Shown piece after piece: positions 27,313 to 36,528 of a DNA stretch of 36,528 bases (the first letter of the stretch is position 1; each line of letters opens with the position of its first letter). Origin of the DNA: Streptosporangiaceae bacterium (GTDB taxonomy: Bacteria; Actinomycetota; Actinomycetes; Streptosporangiales; Streptosporangiaceae). A model generated the notes under the pieces. That model saw only the letters and a program-made list of their open reading frames with translations. It made no database searches and was not told the DNA's origin. The stretch is taken from NCBI GenBank assembly GCA_036495525.1, contig DASXMR010000138.1, forward strand, positions 1 to 36,528. Direction: 5' to 3'. The translations under genes were made by a program, and so were the position numbers.

Positions 27313-28515
27313 ATGGGAGCGCGCGTGGCGGTGGCCGGCGCTAGCGGGTACGCCGGGGGAGAGCTGCTGCGGCTGCTCGCCGGGCACCCTGACCTGGAGA
27401 TTGGCGCGGTAACCGCGGACAGCAAGGCTGGCCGTCCGGTCGCCGACGTGCATCCGCAGCTCGCCGGCGTGCCGGCGCTGGCCGACCGGGTGTTCAGCTC
27501 GGCCGCCGACACCACGCTCGCCGGGCACGACCTCGCCTTCCTTGCGCTGCCCGCTGGCCAGTCCGCGCCGGTCGCGGCCGCCCTGGACGGCGACGTGCGG
27601 GTCGTGGATCTGGGGCCCGACTTCCGGCTCGCCGACAGCCAGGCCTGGGCGAGGCATTACCAGGGCGGCCACGCCGGCCGCTGGCCATGCGGACTGCCCG
27701 AACTGCCTGGCGGCCGCGCGCAGCTGCGAACCGCAACCCGAGCCGCCGTACCCGGCTGCTACGCGACCGCCGCGATCCTGGCCCTCACCCCGGTGATAAG
27801 GGCCGGGCTGGCCGAGCCGGGCGACATCGTCGTGGTCGCCGCTTCGGGAACCTCGGGTGCCGGGCGCTCGCCGCGCGAGGAGCTGCTGGCCACCGAGGTG
27901 ATGGGCGCGACGTCGGCCTATCAGGCAGGTGGTAGCCACCGGCACATCGCGGAGATCGAGCAGGCCATCGCCGAGGCACTGGCTGCCAGCGAGCGCACCG
28001 ACGGCCAGCAAGCAGCGGGCCAGCCGGCGTCGGGCCAGCAAGCATCGGGCCATCCGACGGCGGGCGAGCAGGTGGCTGGCCAGCAGGTGGCTGACCAGCA
28101 GGTGGCTGACCAGGAGGCCGCGGGCCAGCGGGTGTCGGTGTCGTTCACGCCGCTACTGGTGCCGATGCCGCGCGGCATCCTCGCGACCTGTACCGCCCGG
28201 CTGGCCGGCGAGGCGGCGGGGCAGTCAGCCAAAGTGGCCACGGCGCTGCTGCGCGCCGCACTTTCCGCCGGGTACCCGGCTGAGCCGTTCGTCACCGTGC
28301 TGCCCGAGGGGCGCTGGCCGGGGACCGCCGCAGTGGCCGGCTCGAACGCCGTGCACCTGCAGGCTGCCGCCGACGAGCGGGCGGGCCGGGCGGTGATCGT
28401 CGCGGCCATCGACAATCTCGGCAAGGGCGCGGCCGGCCAGGCGCTGCAGACCGCCAACCTGATGCTCGGCCTGCCCGAGGGCGCCGGGCTGACCGCCTGC
28501 GGGGTCGCGCCGTGA
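27313..28515 (+). CDS. argC: N-acetyl-gamma-glutamyl-phosphate reductase, 400 aa, with an internal Gln/Ala/Gly-rich insertion of about 50 aa.
   Basis: VAVAGASGYAGGELLRLL Rossmann N-terminus and catalytic Cys region (PGCYATA). AGGAGG RBS. Confidence 0.92.
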   Translation: MGARVAVAGASGYAGGELLRLLAGHPDLEIGAVTADSKAGRPVADVHPQLAGVPALADRVFSSAADTTLAGHDLAFLALPAGQSAPVAAALDGDVRVVDLGPDFRLADSQAWARHYQGGHAGRWPCGLPELPGGRAQLRTATRAAVPGCYATAAILALTPVIRAGLAEPGDIVVVAASGTSGAGRSPREELLATEVMGATSAYQAGGSHRHIAEIEQAIAEALAASERTDGQQAAGQPASGQQASGHPTAGEQVAGQQVADQQVADQEAAGQRVSVSFTPLLVPMPRGILATCTARLAGEAAGQSAKVATALLRAALSAGYPAEPFVTVLPEGRWPGTAAVAGSNAVHLQAAADERAGRAVIVAAIDNLGKGAAGQALQTANLMLGLPEGAGLTACGVAP

Positions 28516-29549
28516 GCGTCACCGGGCCGGCCGGCTTCCGGGCGGCGGGGCTCGCCGCCGGGATCAAGGAGTCCGGCCGCCCCGATCTGGCGGTGGTCAT
28601 CAACGAAGGCCCGTCAGCAGCCGCGGCGGGGGTCTTCACCGCCAACCGGGTCAAGGCGGCGCCTGTGCTGTGGACTCAGCAGGTCCTGCGCGGTGGCGCG
28701 GTGCGCGCCGTGGTGCTGAACTCCGGCGGCGCGAACGCCTGCACCGGCCCGGCTGGCTTCCGCGACACCCACCAGACGGCCGAGCGGCTAGCCGCTGCCC
28801 TGTCGGTGCCGGCTGCGGAGGTGGCGGTCTGCTCGACCGGCCTGATCGGCGAACGGCTGCCGATGCAGCGGCTGCTGCCCGGCGTGGATGCGGCAGTGGC
28901 GGCGGCTACGGCAGACGGCGGCCCGGCGGCCGCCGAGGCGATCATGACGACCGACACCATCGCCAAGACCTGCCAGCTAGCCGGCCCCGGCTATCTCATC
29001 GGCGGGATGGCCAAGGGCGCTGCGATGCTCGCACCAGCCTTGGCCACCATGCTGGCGGTGGTCTGCACCGACGCCAGCCTGACCGCCGCGGAGCTCGACC
29101 TGGCGCTGCGTGACGCCACCCGCACCACCTTCGACCGGCTGGACTCCGACGGCTGCATGTCCACCAACGACACGGTGCTGCTGCTGGCCAGCGGCGCGTC
29201 GGGGGTCAGGCCGGAGCCGGGCGAGTTCACCGCCCTGCTGGCCAGCGCGTGCGCAGACCTGGCCGGCCAGATGCAGCAGGACGCGGAGGGCGCGACCAAG
29301 TCCATCGCGATCGAGGTGATCGGTGCGGCGACCGACGCGGTGTTCGAGCCGGATGAGCTGAGCGTCGCGATTAACGGCGTCTGGGTCTGCCGCGGCGGCT
29401 ACGCCGCCCAGGACAGGTCTGCGGTGGACCTGACCGGCCGCGCGGTGACGATCACCGTCGAGCTGTCCGCCGGGTCGCACACCGCGACCGTGCTGACCAC
29501 GGACCTGACCGCCGAGTATGTCCGGGAGAACTCGGAGTACTCGACGTGA
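28512..29549 (+). CDS. argJ: Glutamate N-acetyltransferase / amino-acid acetyltransferase ArgJ, 345 aa. It is shorter than typical, and the conserved DPNWGR region appears to be absent.
   Basis: [14 protein letters not shown], the ATML self-cleavage site and [18 protein letters not shown]-terminus are all present. GTGA overlap with argC. Confidence 0.85.
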   Translation: MSVTGPAGFRAAGLAAGIKESGRPDLAVVINEGPSAAAAGVFTANRVKAAPVLWTQQVLRGGAVRAVVLNSGGANACTGPAGFRDTHQTAERLAAALSVPAAEVAVCSTGLIGERLPMQRLLPGVDAAVAAATADGGPAAAEAIMTTDTIAKTCQLAGPGYLIGGMAKGAAMLAPALATMLAVVCTDASLTAAELDLALRDATRTTFDRLDSDGCMSTNDTVLLLASGASGVRPEPGEFTALLASACADLAGQMQQDAEGATKSIAIEVIGAATDAVFEPDELSVAINGVWVCRGGYAAQDRSAVDLTGRAVTITVELSAGSHTATVLTTDLTAEYVRENSEYST

Positions 29550-30696
29550 CCGCGTCCGGCCAGGCCGCCCAAGCACAGGCCGCTACTGCACAGGCCGCTA
29601 CTGCACAGGCCGTCGCCGGGCCGGCCGCTGTGCCGCGGGCCGCTGCCTCATCCGCCGCCGCTGCGCAGGCTAAGGCAGCCGCGCTGATCGAGGCGCTGCC
29701 GTGGCTGGAGCGCTTCAACGGCCGCGTCGTGGTGATCAAGCTCGGCGGCAATGCCATGACCGACCGGCAGCTGCTGCAGGCGTTCGCGCAGGACGTGGTG
29801 TTCCTGCGGTACGCGGGGCTGCGCCCAGTCGTCGTGCACGGGGGCGGGCCGCAGATCAGCGCGCAGCTCAACCGGCTCGGCATCGAGAGCACCTTCCGGG
29901 CCGGATTGCGGGTCACTACCCCCGAGGCCATGGACGTGGTCCGGATGGTCCTCACCGGCCAGGTGAACAGGGACATCGTCGGCCTGATCAACCAGCACGG
30001 CCCGTTCGCCGTCGGGATGTCCGGCGAGGACGCGCACCTGCTCACCGCCAGCCGGGCCACCGCCACGGTCGACGGGGAGCCGGTAGACCTCGGCCAGGTC
30101 GGTCGCGTCGACTCGGTCAACACCGGCGCCGTCGCCGCGCTGATCGATGACGGCCGGATACCGGTGATCTCGAGCGTCGCCCGCGGTGCCGAAGGCGAGA
30201 TCTACAACGTCAACGCCGACACCGCGGCCGCGGCGGTCGCGGTCGCGCTGCACGCGGCCAAGCTGGTCATGCTCACCGACGTGCCTGGCCTCTACCCGGC
30301 CTGGCCCGGCAGCGCCGCAGCGGCCGGCAGCGACGCAGCGGCTGGCAGCGACGCAGCGCCAGCGGCCGGCAGGGCAGCGGTACCTGCCAGCGCGGCAATC
30401 CCCGCAGCGGCGGCTGGCGGGTTCGGCGGCGCGGGCGAGGTCATCAGCCAGATCGTCGCCGGCGAGCTGGCCGCCTTGCTGCCCCGGCTGAGCGACGGGA
30501 TGATCCCGAAGATGCAGGCCTGCCTCACCGCGGTGAACGGCGGCGTGCCGCAGGCGCACGTGCTCGATGGCCGGCTGCCGCACGCCGTGCTGCTGGAGAT
30601 CTTCACCGACTCGGGCATCGGCACCATGGTCGTGCCCGGCCAGGCGGGGCCGGGCCAAGCCGGGCGGTCAGCGGCCGCCGGGGACAGGAGGTCGGC

Positions 30697-30700
<4 letters not shown>
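29546..30700 (+). CDS. argB: Acetylglutamate kinase, 384 aa, with an Ala-rich N-terminus and an internal Ala/Gly/Ser insertion of about 45 aa.
   Basis: [20 protein letters not shown] and the GMIPK motif. GTGA overlap with argJ. Confidence 0.9.
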
Positions 30701-33985
<3,285 letters not shown>

Positions 33986-34081
33986 CCGAAGCCACGGCGG
34001 CAGCCAGGCCGGGGCGCTGGCCAGCCGGGCAAGACCGAACCGCTCAGGCAGAAGGGCGGCCGACGCTGTGAGGAGAAGACT

Positions 34082-35308
34082 GTGACCGAGAAAGTGGTGC
34101 TGGCCTACTCAGGCGGGCTGGACACGTCCGTGGCGATCGGCTGGATAGCCGAGCAGGCCGGCGCCGAGGTGATCGCGCTGGCCGTCGACGTCGGCCAGGG
34201 GGGCGAGGACCTGGAGACCATCCGCAGCCGGGCGCTGGCCTGCGGCGCCGCGGCGGCCGAGGTAGTCGACGCGCGGGCGGAGTTCGCCGCCGGGTACTGC
34301 ATGCCGGCGCTGCGCGCGAATGCCCTGTACATGGACACCTACCCGCTGGTCTCGGCGCTGTCGCGGCCGCTGATCGTGACCCATCTGGCCAGGGTGGCAC
34401 GCGAGCACGGCGCCAGCCTGGTCGCGCACGGCTGTACAGGCAAGGGCAACGACCAGGTCAGGTTCGAGGCGGGCCTGGCGAGCCTGGCACCCGAGGTCGG
34501 CGTCATCGCCCCGGTCAGGGACTCGGGGATGACTAGGGACAAGGCGATCGCCTTCGCCGCCGAGAAGGGCCTGCCGATCAGCGTGACCGAGCGGTCGCCG
34601 TACTCGATCGACCAGAACCTGTGGGGCCGCAGCTGCGAGACCGGGCACCTGGAGGACATCTGGGAGGCGCCGCATGACGACGTCTGGGGCTACTCGGCAG
34701 ACCCGGCTGGCCCGCGCGAGCCGGATGAGCTCACGATCAGCTTCGCTGACGGGGTCCCGGTCGCGATCGACGGGCAGCCGATGACCCCGCTGCAAATCGT
34801 CACCCGGATGAACGCGGCGGCCGGAAAGCACGGCGTCGGCCGGATCGACATGGTCGAGGACCGGCTGGTCGGCATCAAGAGCCGGGAGATCTACGAGGCG
34901 CCGGGCGCGATCGCGCTGATCGCCGCGCACCAGGAACTTGAGGGCGTCTGCATGGAGCGCGACCTGGCGAGGTTCAAGCGGCAGGCAAGCCAGCGGTGGG
35001 CGGACCTGGTTTACGACGGGCTGTGGTTCTCCCCGCTGCGACGCGCGCTCGACGCGTTCATGACCGAGGCATCGCGGCAGGTCAGCGGTGAGGTACGGGT
35101 GCGGCTGCATGGCGGCCGCGCCGTTGTCACCGGGCGCCGCAGCCAGGCCGCGCTGTATGACTTCGACCTCGCCACCTACGACACCGGGGATATCTTCGAC
35201 CAGCAGATGGCCAGGGGCTTCGTCGAGCTCTGGGGCCTGTCAGCGAAGATCGCGGCCGGCCGCGACCGCCGGGCCGGCGCTGGCGGCACCCTGCCGCTCG
35301 CCTCCTGA
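34082..35308 (+). CDS. argG: Argininosuccinate synthase, 408 aa.
   Basis: [11 protein letters not shown]-loop. AGGAG lies 6 nt upstream of the GTG. Confidence 0.95.
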   Translation: MTEKVVLAYSGGLDTSVAIGWIAEQAGAEVIALAVDVGQGGEDLETIRSRALACGAAAAEVVDARAEFAAGYCMPALRANALYMDTYPLVSALSRPLIVTHLARVAREHGASLVAHGCTGKGNDQVRFEAGLASLAPEVGVIAPVRDSGMTRDKAIAFAAEKGLPISVTERSPYSIDQNLWGRSCETGHLEDIWEAPHDDVWGYSADPAGPREPDELTISFADGVPVAIDGQPMTPLQIVTRMNAAAGKHGVGRIDMVEDRLVGIKSREIYEAPGAIALIAAHQELEGVCMERDLARFKRQASQRWADLVYDGLWFSPLRRALDAFMTEASRQVSGEVRVRLHGGRAVVTGRRSQAALYDFDLATYDTGDIFDQQMARGFVELWGLSAKIAAGRDRRAGAGGTLPLAS

Positions 35309-35326
35309 TGACCGGAGACAACCAGG

Positions 35327-36528
35327 ATGAGCCAGAACGCGGCCGGAGGCGGGACTGCCGGCGCCGACCGCGCTGCCGGACCGCCCGCTGACGGCGAGGC
35401 CAGCGGCGAGCAGGGCCAGCAAAGCCAGGCGGGCGGTGCCATGAGCGGCACGGCCGGCGGGCCGCTGGCCGGGATGCGCGTCATCGAGCTGTCCAGCTAC
35501 GTCGCCTCCCCGCTGTGCGGGATGACGCTGGCGCAGCTCGGCGCCGACGTGATCCGGGTCGACCCGATCGGCGGGGTCGGCGACCGGCGGCGCTGGCCGC
35601 TGGCGCCATCCGGTGCCAGCCTGCCCTGGGCGGGCCTGAATAAGGGCAAGCGGTCGGTCACGGTCAACCTGCGTTCCGACGCCGGGCGCAAGCTGGTCGC
35701 CGACTTGATCGTGGCCGGCGGCCGCGAGGGCGGCATCGTGGTGACAAACTCCGCCGCTGCCGGCCCGCTGGCCTGGCCGGCGCTACGGCAGCGAAGACCC
35801 GACGTGATCTGCGTTCAGCTGCTCGGCCGGCCCGACGGCGGCACAGCGGTGGACTACACGGTCAACGCCGCGGCTGGCTTCCCCCTGGTCACCGGGCCGG
35901 CCAGCATGCGCGAGCCGGTCAACCACGTGCTCCCGGCCTGGGACGTGGCGTGCGGCCTGTACCTCGCGACTGGTCTGCTCGCCGCCGAGCGGCAACGGCT
36001 GCTGACCGGCCAGGGTCAGCAGATCGTGCTGGCGTTGTCCGACGTAGCCCTGGCCACCGCCGGCAACCTCGGCCTGCTGACCGAGGCCCAGCTCGGCGGC
36101 ATGCGGCCGCGGATCGGCAACGACCTGTACGGCGGGCTCGCCCGTGACTTCGCCGTGGCTGGCGGCCGGCGGGTGATGGTCGTGGTGCTGACCAGCCGCC
36201 AGTGGCGCGACCTGGCCGCCGCGGCCGGGATGCGGCGGGTGGCCGAGATGCTTGAGCAGGAGCTGGGCGCGGACTTCAGCCGGGACGCTGACCGCTACGA
36301 GCACCGCGACGTGCTCTGCGGGCTGCTGGCGCCCTGGTTCGCGCGCCGTACGGTCGACGAGGTTGCCAGCGCGTTCGCCGGCACGTCCGTGCTGTGGTCG
36401 CAGTACCTGGACTTCGCCGAGGCGGTCCAGGATGCGTCAGGCGGTGACCTGCTGGCGCCGCTGGATCAGCCAGGCGTGGGGGAGCACCTGGCGCCTGGCT
36501 CGCCGCTCAGGCTTGACGGCCAGCGCCC
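35327..36528 (+). CDS. CaiB/BaiF-family (family III) CoA-transferase, 3'-partial. It runs off the window end.
   Basis: GPLAGMRVIELSSYVASP N-terminal signature of family III CoA-transferases. ATG 35327 gives a 38-aa low-complexity leader; ATG 35441 is an alternative start. Confidence 0.75.
   Translation, partial: MSQNAAGGGTAGADRAAGPPADGEASGEQGQQSQAGGAMSGTAGGPLAGMRVIELSSYVASPLCGMTLAQLGADVIRVDPIGGVGDRRRWPLAPSGASLPWAGLNKGKRSVTVNLRSDAGRKLVADLIVAGGREGGIVVTNSAAAGPLAWPALRQRRPDVICVQLLGRPDGGTAVDYTVNAAAGFPLVTGPASMREPVNHVLPAWDVACGLYLATGLLAAERQRLLTGQGQQIVLALSDVALATAGNLGLLTEAQLGGMRPRIGNDLYGGLARDFAVAGGRRVMVVVLTSRQWRDLAAAAGMRRVAEMLEQELGADFSRDADRYEHRDVLCGLLAPWFARRTVDEVASAFAGTSVLWSQYLDFAEAVQDASGGDLLAPLDQPGVGEHLAPGSPLRLDGQR

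Noticed and set aside
27059-28457. ORFs antisense or out of frame within the argC leader and body (27059..27295 -, 27292..28053 -, 27921..28457 -, 27929..28396 +).
   Set aside because: They overlap ArgC, which is recognisable end to end. In the leader, no ORF has an RBS or coding bias.

Overview
This window is a high-GC (about 72-75%) chromosomal segment that looks like core Actinomycetota housekeeping DNA, not an accessory island. Almost all genes are on the + strand and the order matches conserved actinobacterial synteny, partly recalled from Mycobacterium/Streptomyces: murA (5' partial), DUF349 protein (-), membrane-anchored cyclophilin PPIase (-), MBL-fold hydrolase, aspS, rarA, a DUF948-like membrane protein, a small coupled ORF, alaS, ruvX, mltG, aroE, then infC-rpmI-rplT, a TrmH-family RNA methyltransferase, an orphan PAS sensor histidine kinase, pheS-pheT, a mini NfeD-like OB-fold ORF plus a flotillin/SPFH gene, a convergent lipoprotein gene (-), the complete arginine operon argC-argJ-argB-argD-argF-argR followed by argG, and a 3'-partial CaiB/BaiF-family CoA-transferase. 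I found no rRNA, tRNA, CRISPR array, transposase, integrase or phage gene. The many long antisense ORFs in the track are the usual high-GC artefacts. The unusual content is at a finer scale:
(1) Pervasive in-frame low-complexity or tandem-repeat insertions in essential proteins: MltG, IF3, ArgR, ArgC, ArgB, ArgF, PheT, AspS, L20 and the histidine kinase.
(2) ArgJ appears to lack the conserved DPNWGR-containing segment.
(3) infC seems to start at ATC behind a perfect Shine-Dalgarno sequence.
(4) The TrmH-family gene has about 70 codons of homologous N-terminus with no ATG/GTG/TTG available.
(5) A 560-nt lower-GC intergenic region holds a perfect 16-bp inverted repeat preceded by four degenerate direct repeats.
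(6) An AT-rich promoter/ARG-box island sits upstream of argC.
(7) A 250-nt spacer full of palindromes lies between infC and rpmI.
(8) A 75-aa stand-alone NfeD-like OB-fold ORF is wedged between pheT and the flotillin gene.
I see no convincing novel multi-gene system and say so. The findings are ranked accordingly.
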